Of a stretch of 64,000 nucleotides of DNA, positions 25,884-38,020 are shown piece by piece. Below the pieces are notes generated by a model. The model was not told the DNA's origin. It was given only the letters and a program-made list of their open reading frames with translations, and made no database searches. Each line of letters opens with the position of its first letter. Positions within the stretch are counted from its first letter, which is position 1. This DNA is from Squalus acanthias (lineage: Eukaryota), in contig CM059433.1 in assembly GCA_030390025.1 (NCBI GenBank), positions 23,126,001-23,190,000 on the forward strand, written 5' to 3'. The position numbers were made by a program, and so were the translations under genes.

Positions 25884-26648
25884 AATGGCTCTGCAATAGA
25901 TGAAAGTGAGGAGGTGATGTTAAAGGGGGCAGAAGTTCCCAAAGATCTTTGCCCAAATTTATTTAAGGCCTCAGACTACGCAGAGGCCTACACAAAGTAA
26001 GTGCGTAGATGTAGAAGAGATGGAAAAATATGCACTACTACCACCCTCTCCCTCCAAAAGGGCTTTCAGTGGGCATCCAGCCAATGCTCCAGTGCCTATT
26101 GCCACCTGACAGCCCCTGGTAGTCGAAGCAGGAGACATGGAAACTGTTCTGTTTCCGGGGCCCTGCTTCCCTGTCATCTTCTACATATGGCGAGGTCAAC
26201 AAGGGACAGCTGACATACCTCCTTGCTGGGTAAGAGGGTGAAGTAGACTGCTAGCAGCGCTGAATAGGATGTAGATCCAGTGGTAGGCTGCCCGGACCAC
26301 TTCCTTCCTATTTTTGTCACTATGCAATCTGATTTTGGGCAGCTTAATGGAGAATGTGGCTCTACGCCTAGAATTGTAACAATCTCAGATGATTTCTGTG
26401 AATGCTTCTTGGGACAGATTTCTGCTGTTTTGTCAGCCATGGTTCAGTTGGTAGCACCCTCACCTCTGAGGTGAAGGTTGTGGGTTTAAATCCCACTCCA
26501 GAGACTTGAGCACAAAAATCTAAGCTGACACTCCAGTGCAGTACTGAGGGAGTGTTGCATTGTCGGAGGTGCCGTCTTTCAGATGAGACGTTAAACGGAG
26601 GCCCCGTCTGCTCTCTCAGGTGGATGTAAAAGATCCTATGGCAATATC

Positions 26649-27878
26649 ACCTTCGACAACCATTTTTTTACCCAAACACACGGAACAGCCATGGGGACCA
26701 AATTCGCACCCCAATACGCCAACATCTTCATGCACAAGTTCGAGCAAGACTTCTTCGCTGCACAGGACCTCCAGCCAACGCTGTACACCAGATACATCGA
26801 CGACATTTTCTTCCTTTGGACCCATGGCGAAGGATCACTGAAAAGACTACACGATAACATAAACAAGTTCCATCCCACCATCAAACTCACCATGGACTAC
26901 TCCTCAGAATCGGTCTCATTCCTGGACACACGAATCTCCATCAAAGACGGACACCTCAGCACTTCACTCTACCGCAAGCCCACGGACAACCTCACGATGC
27001 TCCACTTCTCCAGCTTCCACCCTAACCATGTTAAAGAAGCCATCCCCGATGGACAAGCCCTGCGAATACACAGGATCTGCTCAGACGAGGAGGAACGCGA
27101 TGGACACCTACGGACGCTGAAAAACGCCCTCGTAAGAACGGGATATGACGCTCGACTCATCGATCGACAGTTCCGACGGGCCACAGCGAAAAATCGCATA
27201 GACCTCCTCAGAAGGCGAACACGGGACACAACCAACAGGGTACCCTACGTCGTCCAGTACTTCCCCGGAGCGGAGAAACTACGACATGTTCTTCGCAGCC
27301 TTCAACATGTCATCGATGACGACAAACACCTCGCTAAGGCCATCCCCACGCCTCCACTACTTGCCTTCAAACAGCCGCCTAACCTCAGAAGTACCATCGT
27401 TCGCAGCAAATTACCCAGCTTTCAGGATAACAGCGACCACGACACCACACAACCCTGCCATGGCAAACTCTGCAAGACATGCCAGATCATCAACACAGAT
27501 ACCACCATCACACGTGAGGACACTACCCACCAGGTACATGATACATACTCATGTGACTCGGCCAACGTTGTCTACCTCATACGTTGCAGGAAAGAATGCA
27601 CCGCGGCATGGTACATCGGCGAGACCATGCAGACACTGAGACAACGTATGAACGAGCACCGCGCAACAATCGCCAGGCAGGATTGTTACCTCCCAGTCGG
27701 GGAACACTTCAGCAGTCAAGGACATTCAGCCTCGGATCTGCGGGTAAGCGTTCTCCAAGGCAACCTTAGAAACACACGACAACGCAAAATCATCGAGCAG
27801 AAACTGATAGCCAAGTTCCGCACTCATGAAGACGGTCTCAATCGGGATCTTGGGTTTATGTCACGATACATGACGTGA
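26649..27878 (+). CDS. PLE reverse transcriptase + GIY-YIG endonuclease (N-terminally truncated, no stops)
   Basis: GTAMGTKFAPQYANIFM, RYIDDIF, FLD, LYRKPT, Cys linker PCHGKLCKTC, VVYLIRC...WYIGET...RMNEH, VGEHF, EQKLI, GLN. Confidence 0.9.
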   Translation, partial: TFDNHFFTQTHGTAMGTKFAPQYANIFMHKFEQDFFAAQDLQPTLYTRYIDDIFFLWTHGEGSLKRLHDNINKFHPTIKLTMDYSSESVSFLDTRISIKDGHLSTSLYRKPTDNLTMLHFSSFHPNHVKEAIPDGQALRIHRICSDEEERDGHLRTLKNALVRTGYDARLIDRQFRRATAKNRIDLLRRRTRDTTNRVPYVVQYFPGAEKLRHVLRSLQHVIDDDKHLAKAIPTPPLLAFKQPPNLRSTIVRSKLPSFQDNSDHDTTQPCHGKLCKTCQIINTDTTITREDTTHQVHDTYSCDSANVVYLIRCRKECTAAWYIGETMQTLRQRMNEHRATIARQDCYLPVGEHFSSQGHSASDLRVSVLQGNLRNTRQRKIIEQKLIAKFRTHEDGLNRDLGFMSRYMT

Positions 27879-28211
27879 TCCGGACTCGAGTCGTCGTTAG
27901 CTTGTTCACAGATGTGATTCCCAGTAAAAAAGTAAAAATTTTCCCAGTAAAAAAGTAAATTTTTTTTAAAGCTTTTCGTTTTACATACAGACGGCAGCTT
28001 TTGACACGTTAGAACCCCTGCGACTACACCTCATTGTCTCAGTTGTATCTTGCTATGTCTTTTGATGTGGTACCTTCCTGGCTGACTTAATTAACTTTAT
28101 CACACCTCGGCAGATAGTCAGGATGATTTAATTTATTGGTCTGCAATTGTAAAGTACACATGCTTTGTTTTCCATCTATATATGCTCTGGCGATTCTGTA
28201 TCCAATTTACT

Positions 28212-28249
28212 TCACCTGAGGAAGGAGCGATAGCTCCGAAAGCTTGTGA
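28212..28249 (+). ncRNA. Minimal hammerhead ribozyme motif in the PLE-A pLTR
   Basis: TCAC CTGAGGA A GGAGC GATA GCTCC GAAA GCTT GTGA. Confidence 0.8.
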
Positions 28250-28989
28250 TTTCAAATAAAACTGTTGGACTATAACCTGGTGTTGTGCGATATTTTGAAG
28301 AACAGCAGGGGAGTTATCCCCGGTGTCCTGGCCAATATTTATCTCTCAATCAACATCACTAAAACAGATTATCTGGTCATCATCACATTAGTGTTTGTGG
28401 GAGCTTGCTGTGTGCAAATTGACTGCCGCGTTTCCTACATTACAACAGTGACTCCACTTCAAAAAGTACTTCATTGGCTGTAAAGTGCTTTGGGACGTCC
28501 GGTGGTCATGAAAGGCACTATATAAATGCAAGTATTTTTTCTTTTAGAGGAAATACACTAACTGTTTGGTTTTGATATTGAAGTGCAGGGACTGGAAGTC
28601 AGTTTACCTTTTGTTTATATCTTTCTCTGTAAACGGTCCATTATCAGGCCCAGCTTGGTTGTCTGACTCCTAATGCTTGCGATATGTTAATATATATATA
28701 TATAAAGTTGTTACTGGGAGAGGAGATGCTATTGCTATGCTTCATGATTGAAACATGACAAATGAGCTTTGTTTTTCAAAGGCTAGCTGGGTGCACACAA
28801 GTGTCTCAATTATCATCCCCTAATTAAGCGGCAATTAACATCTCTGCAACCATTCCATGCCATTGTGTCGTTGTTCTAATTTTTGATTGATAGTTTTGTC
28901 TGAAGCTTGGGATAAATATGACAAGCTCTCCCTGGTTCTTCAGTTGAGCTCACGCAGGACATTGTACATGCAGGTCACTGGTGTGTGGC

Positions 28990-30450
28990 AGGACTTTGTG
29001 GAATTACTGCTTTTTGGGCTCTGTGTGCACCTGCAGTACTGCAACAGCTATCAATCTGACGAGCTACTACCTCACCTGATAAATTTGATGCCTTTGTCCC
29101 CAGCAAAACCTTTACTCTCCCCTATACAAGTTGTTCCCCCGATATGGCCCCCATCTTTGCCCACTTAAGTCCGCAGATTTGAGTGTATCTGCCATGCAAT
29201 TGGTTTGGCCATCCATCAGCAGATCTGGCTCGTCCACATCAAGCGCTATTGGGCCTCACTCTCCTCTCCCAAAATCGTTCACTTCTCCAGGATCATCCAG
29301 GAGAGCAAAGATAACCCCTGGCTTCTTTTCTCTACTACCAAACATCTCTTTAAGCCAGTTCTGACGTAGGGTCATCGACCTGAAACATTAACTCTGTTTC
29401 TCTCTCCACAGATGCTGCCTGACCTGCTGAGTATTTCCAGCATTTTCTGTTTTTATTATAAAGAGCTAATTGTCTTCTTCATCTCTAAGATTGAGACCAT
29501 TCATTCAGCTGTCAGTGTTGCTTCCCACCTTTCTCCTTGCCCACCAAGCCATACCTTCCTAAGGCTCCTCTTTGCCTGAGCCCCGAACCCATGTATGTCT
29601 CTCTCTCTAGTTTCACTCCTGTCTTCCCTCATGCCCCCTCTAAGTCTTGTCCATGCAATCTACCTCCTACTCCCTTTACCCATCCCCACTAAACTGCTGA
29701 CCACTCAACTTCCCTTCCTGGCCCCCAAGCTAGCTGACATTGCATGTGGTTTCTTGGCCACAGGTACTATGCCCCTCCCTTTAAAAATTGCTGTCATCAC
29801 ACCCTTCTCAAAGAATCCATCCTTGACCTTTCTGTACCTGCAGACTACCAACCCATTTCCAACATCCCTTTTCCCTAAGTCCTTTACCTTGCTGTTGCCT
29901 CCCAAATCTAATGCCCATCTTTCCCGCAACTCCCTGTTTGAATCGCTCCAATCAGGTTTCCATCCCTGCCACAGCATTGAAACAACCCTAACTAAAGTCA
30001 CAGATGACATCCTCTGTGACTATGACTGTGGTGCATTATTCCTCCTCGCCCTCAGCCTTTCACATGGTTGACCATACCATCCACCTCCAATGTCTCCCCT
30101 CCGTTGTCCATCTCTGTGAGACTTCCCTTACTTGGTTCTACTCCTACCTATCCAATCATAGTTAGATCTCTCCAACAATGGCTTCTTTTCCACAAGTGCA
30201 CTGTTGGTACCGAGCTCTTCCTCTCCACCTTATCTCCCCACACCTCCACTGCCTCTGTGTTGTTCGACATCCAGTCTTAGATGAGCCACAATTTCCTCCA
30301 GTTAAACACTGGAAAAACCAAAGCCATCACCTTCATCTTCAGCCCCTTGCCATCGACTCCATCCCCTTCCCTGACCATTGCCTCAGACTAAACCAAATGC
30401 AACCTCAGTGTCCTATTCGACTCAGGGCTGAGCTTCCGACCACGCACACC
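28990..30450 (+). mobile_element. Decayed L2 LINE internal (RT) fragment
   Basis: PIPTKLL, LKIAVITP, NSLFESLQSGFHPCHSIETTLTKVTDDIL; pyrimidine-rich L2 composition. Confidence 0.75.
29355..29458 (+). mobile_element. PLE-B pLTR fragment within L2
   Basis: CAGTT CTGACGT AGGGTC ATC GACCT GAAA CATT AACTC TGTTTCTCTCTCCACAGATGCTGCC; reverse complement of 24137-24237. Confidence 0.8.
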
Positions 30451-32068
30451 CTCTGGTTAACTCCGCCTATGACCACGTCATCGGGACCAAACTTGCATAT
30501 GTTAAAAAGGACCATGGGCGGGTGTTTTTGCCTCCAGCTCTGGGGAGCAGGTAAAAATTAGAACCCGTCAGCTCCCAGCGGCTACAGGGCAGGTAAGTAA
30601 ACGGGGTGATTTTAACTGCCCACCTGCCGGGCGGATATGGTTAAAATCGCCCCTCTCGTAAAGGCCTGTTGGTCGCACTTAAAGGGGACTATTTCAAAAT
30701 TGCAAGATGTTTGGGAAGGCACAGAGGTCCATCACAAAGAAGTTGTCTGTAAGTTGAATTGTTGCCAAGCATCAAACATAAAGATATAACCATGTCAATA
30801 GGGCCATATTCAGGGGTATAGTCAGCCTAGTGCACGGGCAGGTGCACAGGCTGCCATTGCTGCAGATGCTTCCTGACCACTTGATCATGTGCCCTCCACA
30901 CTGGGCACTTAGCAGGCCTCAGATCTCAGTGCCCCATAATGCCCAGAGAGATTTGGTGCCCAATGCATGGCAGTGCTGGGATCCCAGAGGATTGCGCTAT
31001 GAGGCGTAGAATGCAACAAGTGTACACTTATGTTAAAAAAAAACCTCTAAAGATATTTTTTTATTATGGTTAGAGTTTTACTTTACCTGTGAAAATTAAG
31101 GACAGTATCATTTATTTTACATCTGCTGATTCATTCTTGCTTCTGTACAATCTTACTTAATAAATGTGATTTATAGTTATTAGACTGAACTACATGGTCT
31201 GACTGAGAGAGAGATCTGGTGCACACATTGAGAAGGCTGTATTATTTCTGATACATATCTCAACAGCAGAAGAGTTCACTGTTTGCCCGATAACAGCGCC
31301 ATCCCAGGTACTTTGTGTATTGGATAAAACTTTGGTTCATAGGAAGAGTGGGCTTGCCTATGGAAGCTAAGTTTTGCATTGAGCAGGATTGAAAAGTACT
31401 GGGAAGAAGCCGAACTTATAACACAGACCACTGTACATTCATGATGTCGCAGAAACCTTCCTGCTGCTTAACCTCAACCTTTCTCCAGCCCTGAGCATGT
31501 GGCTCCTTTGATAATAGATCCCAGATGAGTCAACTCATTTGAAAGTTGCCTTGTGACATTGCTTGGGCAGCAGAGGATTTTACTGTCGTCATCATGCTGG
31601 AAGACAATCCCTTTGCGCTGCACAGTGTAGTGAGCTGTTGGTCCAGCACTCTACATAGCTTTTGTATTCATCCCCGAGGTGGATTTTCTGCACTGAGGTG
31701 GTCCTTTCTGGCTTTTTGACCTTGAAGCTGATCCCACCATTTCTGTGTCACCCTGCCCTTCTGTTTGAGTCTAGGATGATTGTGGTGCAATAAAAGGGGA
31801 GTCGGATGTGTGGGATTTTCACAAGTTTCTATACTCTATGAGAAATTACCAGACAATATTCCAAGGTTTGTAAAAGAAAATTGCGCTTACTTTATTTTTC
31901 AGTTTTTCATTGTTGTCTGATATTTTATTTGACATGATCCACACCATGATCATTTTTGTTGGTTTAAAATGCATTAACAATTGATTTTCTTCAAAAATTG
32001 ATTTTTGGCTGAGAGAAAATGGGTAAACTTTTCTTGTTAATGGTTCAGAATCTAAGAAAGAACGTAAG

Positions 32069-32828
32069 GGCCCAGATTTTCCTGTCAAAATAATGGCGAG
32101 GCTAATGGTGCTTGTCGTTATTTATACGCAAATGGTACAGCAACTTCAGACAAGGGGCAGATGCGCGGTTAAACTCAAATATCTAAAAGTTGCTGTCCGA
32201 GTTGCGCCGCTCCACTGTTAGCTTTGTGAAAACGGCATCTCACTGACTGCCTCACCTTTGAAATGCATTGAATGGCGTGAAGTTGCTGCATTTGTGGTAG
32301 ATAGGAACTAAATTCGCCACTTGTCCATTCCAGTCTAAGTACCATATTAACCATGTGATAAGTGTTAACTGTCAAACAATCTCTCTGGCACTGAAAATTA
32401 ACTATTACAAGTGTGGAGTCTCATTCCTTCAGGTTTTAATTGTTGTTGGAGATTTTAAAAAATTTTAATTTTTAATTTTCTTTTTACTTTTCCATTCTGT
32501 TTCTTTTCTCTCTCTCTCAATCCAATCTTTCTTTCCCTCTCTTTGTTTCTCTTTCTGTATCTGATTTGACATTGAATTCACACACTCGAACTTACACTTC
32601 CTTCTCAGAACATGTGATGTTAATTTCACAATCCTGCAATCTGATTGGTTAAGGAGATACACAGTTGCTTGCCCTGTTCACTCAGGTCCCAGATACCCTG
32701 TTCCCCTCGCTATCAGCTCGCACTTTCAGCAACTTGCCACACAGAAAATTTAAAAACCTAAATATGCAAGGACAAGTCAAACTAACGGCAGACACCATTA
32801 GATGCCCTGCTACAGCAAAATCTGGCCC
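32069..32828 (+). mobile_element. Harbinger-like MITE
   Basis: GGCCCAGATTTT ... AAAATCTGGCCC TIRs; 3-bp TSD AAG (32066-32068 / 32829-32831). Confidence 0.75.
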
Positions 32829-33119
32829 AAGGAGACATTGAAGGAAATGTAAGTGTTAAATGGCCTTTCACAACAGGCAGAAAAGCAACTCCATGCCCTT
32901 TGTATCACTTGGGATTCATACTTTCCATAGCTTTGTTTCGAACTGCCTGGATTGAGATGTTATTTCATCATCATTGACCATAACTCATGAAAAACAAAAG
33001 TATTTCTTGTTATGTTTGCTCACTATAATCTCCGAGTCAGAAAGTTTTAGTTCAAGACCCATTCCAGGACTTAAGGCAGTGTAGTACTGAAAGAATACTA
33101 CATGACCGGAGGTGCTATC

Positions 33120-34232
33120 ACCAAGACCACCTACTTCCACCTCCGTATCATCGCCCAACTCCGCCGCTACCTCAGCTCATCTGTTGCTGAAACCCTCATG
33201 ACCTTTGTTACCTCTAGACTTGTCTATTCCAACACTCTCCTGGCTGGCCTCCCATCTTCCACCATCCATAAACTTGAGCTCATCCAAAACTCTGCTGTCA
33301 GTGCGAGCCGTGGCTCAGTTGATAGCACTCTTGACTCTGAGTCAAAAAGTTGTGAGTTCAAGTCCCATCCCAGAGACTTGAGCACAAAAATCTCGGCTGA
33401 CATTCCAGTGCAGTAGTGAGCGTGCCGTCTTTTGGATGAGATGTTAAACCGAGGCCCACCTGCTCTCTCAGGTGGATGTAAGAGATCCCATGACACTATT
33501 TTGAAGAAGAGCAGTGGAGTTATCCCCGGTGTCCTAGCTAATATTTATCTCTCAATCAACATTACTAAAACAGATTATCTAATCAGTATCACATTGCTGT
33601 TTGTGGGAGCTTGCTATATGCAAATTGGCTGCCACATTTCCTACATTACGACAGTGACTACACTTCAAAAGTACTTTATTGGCTGTAAAGTGCTTTGGGA
33701 CGTTCAGTGGTCGTGAAAGTGCTATATAAATGCAAGTCTTTCTTTCTCTCTTGCCTGTATCCTAACTCTCACCAAGTTCCGTTCACCCCTCACCCCTGTG
33801 CTTACTGACTAACATTGGCTCCCGGTCCGGCAACGCCTTAATTTTAAAATTCTCATCCTTGTTTTCAAACCCTCCCTCCATGGCCTTGCCCCTCCCTATC
33901 TCTGAAACCTCCTCCAGCCCGACAACCCTCCGAGATTTCTGAACTCCTCCAATTCTGGCCTCTTGCGCATCTCTTATTTTAATCGCTCCACCTTTGGCAG
34001 CCGTGCTTTCAGCTGCCTCGGCCCTAAGCTCTGGAATTCCCTCCCTAAACCTCTCTACCTCTCTCTCCTCCTTTAAGATGCTCCTTAAAATCTACCTCTT
34101 TGACCAACCTTTTGGTCATCTGTCCTAATATCGGTGTCAAATTTTGTTTGAAAATGCTCCTGTGAAGCGCCTTGGGATGTTTTACTACGTTAAAGGCGTT
34201 ACATAAATGCAAGTTATTGTTGTTTTTGTTGT
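33120..34232 (+). mobile_element. L2 3' fragment (interrupted by a SINE at 33303-33750)
   Basis: TYFHLRIIAQLRRYLS...SRLVYSNTLLAGLP...LELIQNSA; resumes at 33751; reverse-complement homolog of 5938-6522. Confidence 0.85.
33303..33750 (+). mobile_element. Full-length Deu-domain tRNA SINE
   Basis: Homologous end-to-end to 23025-23488. Confidence 0.9.
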
Positions 34233-36475
34233 TTCAGATGTGATGTTAAAACAAGGCTCTATCTGCCAACTCATTTAGATGTAAAACAAGTACCATGCCA
34301 TTATTTGAAGCAGAGTAGGAGAGTTTTCCTGGTGTCTTGACCGACACTTATCCATTAAGTCAACTCCATCAAAAATGATTAACTGGTTATTCAGCTCTTT
34401 GCTGTTTGTCAGACGTTGCTGTGCGCAAATCAGTTGCTGCATTGCCTACATTACAACAGTGACTACACTTCAAAAGTAATTCATTGGCTATAAAGCACAT
34501 TGGGAGGTCTTGAAGATGTGAAAGGTGCTATATAAATGCAAGTCCTTTCTTTACACTTTTTGTAAGAATATATATTTTTTACATTACTTTTATGGAGAAC
34601 TGGACAGGACAGCTAATATAGCAGTATTAGTTTAAACTGTGTGCTCGCAAATTCTGTCTTTTCCCCTCTATGACGCTGATAATATTGGAGAAGGATGACT
34701 TTCAGGACCAAGGACATTGCACTGTAAGGATAGGCACATATAGATTATTAATTAAATAAGCTAGGTGGATGATAGGGAGCTAAAAGGGTTGTTAGGTTAA
34801 AAACACATATAGGCTTTTAAAACACGGGCTTTTGATCACAGCAGGGGGAAGTGTAAGGGAAAGAGATTGCTACAACATAAAAGGCAGTAGGCTCCTGTTG
34901 CTATACAGCATAACATCAAAGGTTTCTATAACAAAACTCGGGATAATCAGAGATTGGAAGCAACGGTATGGTGTGTGGCCCCTCATCCCTGTATAACAAA
35001 CTGTTCAAAGATCTAAGGATCATTAAACACCCAATAGTGTTGAATCGAACAGGAATTAGACCATAAGAGAAAATGGCATAAAAAGAGATACATTTCACTC
35101 AGAAGGAACTTTTGCATACCTTCAAGACCAGCTAACATGAACAGGCTTGGATAAGCCATTTTCACAATTTCCCATCATGTCCTGTGCACGTGAGTTTTAG
35201 ACGTAAGGCAGATGTGTATTGCTCTGTATGGGGTTTTAAGATGAATGTTTTGAAACAATAATAAATGAAGTTAATTATCAGACATATTACTGTCTTTACC
35301 TTTTCGAATCTGTTAAAACGATAAGGAAGGAATTATCCAACACTTTTGATCTGGACTAATTTGTTATATTTGTGTTTGGGGGTCATAATTTTGTTATGAA
35401 GACTTCAGAGGCTTTCAGCAGTTGTGACAGGCCTTTGAAATAGTGAATATGAGAGGTGAGGACCTATTAGGTTATATGTGACTGATGTTTGTGTTAAATG
35501 CCAGTTCCACTTGTTTAAATGTGGTATTGTGTCAAGACCTGTGCAATACCTTTCATTTCCATGGGGAAATAATAGGCATTTCTTCCTGTCATTCATTCAA
35601 GAAGGAGGACACAAAGGTATTGTTGTCACAGCTATAAGGCTTCAAAGCCCGCATTCCTATATAGAGTAGCCAGCTTACGATTGTCCAAAATGATGGCAAA
35701 CATATAAATCCATTATGAAGACTTTTTTAATAGTTTCAACTTAGTAACTCACATTTCTGAAAATATGGAAGTAAATCTCTATTTTAAATGTCATATGGAA
35801 ATGGATGAGAAGAGATCGAGAGGAAGCATGACCTTGAAGTTTATAATCCTGACAATACATGAACTATGATGATGTAAGAAGATTATTTGACTTAAATTAA
35901 AATTACAGAACTTGAAGACACAAATGTAAAGCTAATCAGCTGAAGCAGGAGTAGATTTCAAAAATGTACTTTCTGCTGTTGAGTGGTAGATATGTAGAGG
36001 ACTCCATCAAAAGAAGTTAATCCTATAGCAATTGGCCCCTTTAAAAAAGAACTGTGTGAATATCCTGTGATGAATGGGATTTAATGTTGTAAAAATACAT
36101 AGGGACATAGGTTATCAAATTCTCTGGAATATTACAGTTCCTGTGCTGATGGGAGTATGGAAATATCATCTAAGAACAGCAACTAGTTAGGTTACATAGA
36201 GTTCCATAGAATTTACAGCACAGAAACAGGCCATTCGGCCTAACTGGTCTGTGCTGGTGTTTATGCTCCACACGAGCCTCCTCCCACCCTACTTCATCTC
36301 AGCCTATCAGCATAACCTTCTATTCCTTTCTCCCTCATGTACTTATCCAGCTTCCCCTTAAATGCATCCATGCTATTTGTCTCAACCACGCCCATGTGGT
36401 AGCGAGTTCCATATTCTAAGCCCTCTCTGGGTTCAGAAGTTTGTCATGAATTCCTTATTGGACTTATTAGTGACT

Positions 36476-38001
36476 GGGGGAAAAATTCAGTACCTTAGCA
36501 CCTCCCGTTAGTGGCAGCAGATTGCGGTAATGGGATGCTGATGAAGTAGCGCTGGGGCGAGGCGAATCCAGCGCCACGTGGCAAATCCGGCCTCCCCCCC
36601 CCCACCCCCGTTGCGCCGCCGGTATGAGGTACCGCTGGGGACCTCAACGCCAGGCAGATCGTGACATCAGTGAGCGTGCAACACTCACTGGTAGCCTGAG
36701 CTGGAAAATTTATTGTCGTCACTTACCTTAGTGCCTCGACCAGACAGCGACAGGGAGAGCTGGTGTGCAGCTCCAGGAAGCAGGCTCCAGCGACGTTATT
36801 TAAAGGCATCAGCATTAATCACTCCCAGCTGTGAGGGCAGGTTAGTTTCAATGGTTTGTTGTCAATTTCACCCAGTAGAACAGGTCCTATGAGTAATTTC
36901 AAGCTTCCTTTGTATCAGCAGTCTTCTGGCAACTATGAAGTAGCTACATTTATTGCTCCAATATTCAAACTGCTACACTTGGCAACATGGGCTGTACTGG
37001 CATGCCACCTCACTCTCCAGGATCTATGGCGGAGGGAGCATAGGCAGCGAGAAATACGGGAACATGTGCACAGAGGGATCAGGAGGGACATCAGGGCTCA
37101 CACCAGGAGGCCTTACCCTCCAAGGGTATTCTGACAGCACTTCTCCTACCTTCAATTAAGCGAGGAGCAGTGTATTAGATGGCTCCGTATCACCAAGGTG
37201 GTGGTCACAGAACTCTGCCACCTCCTCCAAACAGACCTCCAGCCTCACACCAGGAAGACTTAAACCCCAGATCCCTTTTGCTCACCACATCCTGATCATA
37301 CCATCCCTGTGTCATGCCATATTACAGCATCCTCCTGGGTGCAAAGGTGAAATGAGAGAGACCACAAAATATTGCAAACTCCATTAATAAATTTATGCAT
37401 AAACATATCACACATATCACATTCACTCTAATAACTAATGACCCTTGTGCCTGTCATAGTTGAATAGTTGTCATTGTGTGCAAGGCGTGAGATGTGGGTG
37501 TGAGTGTTGGTAGGTAGAGATCATTGGTGTGTGAGTGCTGTGGGTCTGGTGCTTTGGGCAGTGTGTGAAGCTTGTGATACAGATGGTGGTATGTAGCATT
37601 TGTTGAAGCATTCAATCACCCTGACCACCTGAGTGAGGTGGATCTGCCATGAGCACACCTGCTTCAGTCCTCCGACTCCTTCTCCTTGTTGTGCTTCTCC
37701 TTGCCGAGGCAGCTGCACAGCCAGCAATGCTGAGAATGAGGTGCTGCAGTATCAATGAGCCTCCCCTTTAAGTACTGGGAAAAGCCTATGGCAATGATGA
37801 GTTGCGATTAAACTGCACTCGATATTGGTCCACCCTTTAAGTGTAACGCCAATGAACTAAGCCTTTAAGACTTGAATTAGCGCTCCAATCATTTCTTTGA
37901 GCAGTGAGAATGAATTTTACGTGCATTCTAAAGCATTAGCGCCTGGCGCTAATTCTCAAACTGATACCATCCATTCCTGGGCTATAATGAATTTCAAGCC
38001 C
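36476..38001 (+). mobile_element. Non-autonomous Harbinger derivative
   Basis: TIRs GGGGGAAAAATTC / GAATTTCAAGCCC; TSD ACT (36473-36475 / 38002-38004); transposase N-terminus RRPYPPRVF*QHFSYLQLSEEQC...VVTELCHLLQ at 37100-37255. Confidence 0.8.
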
Positions 38002-38020
38002 ACTATCTTATATTTATGAC

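Larger units (their letters stand above)
26648..28290 (+). mobile_element. Penelope-like retroelement (Neptune-type), 5'-truncated, family PLE-A
   Basis: Uninterrupted RT-linker-GIY-YIG ORF followed by a 3'UTR/pLTR with hammerhead; CpG-rich, indicating young age. Confidence 0.95.
26432..28543 (+). mobile_element. Deu-domain SINE split by a Penelope element (pieces 26432-26647 and 28291-28543)
   Basis: SINE sequence GATCCTATGGCAATAT | TTTGAAGAACAGCAGGGG is contiguous once 26648-28290 is removed. Confidence 0.9.
33030..34551 (+). mobile_element. Old Deu-SINE split by L2 (pieces 33030-33119 and 34233-34551)
   Basis: Head ...CCGGAGGTGCTATC stops at the L2 start and resumes TTTCAGATGTGATGTTAAAAC after the L2 tail. 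Confidence 0.7.

Noticed and set aside
31262-31315. Possible micro-exon (CAACAG...CCAG/GTACTT)
   Set aside because: Weak splice signals, unrecognisable peptide and no supporting exons
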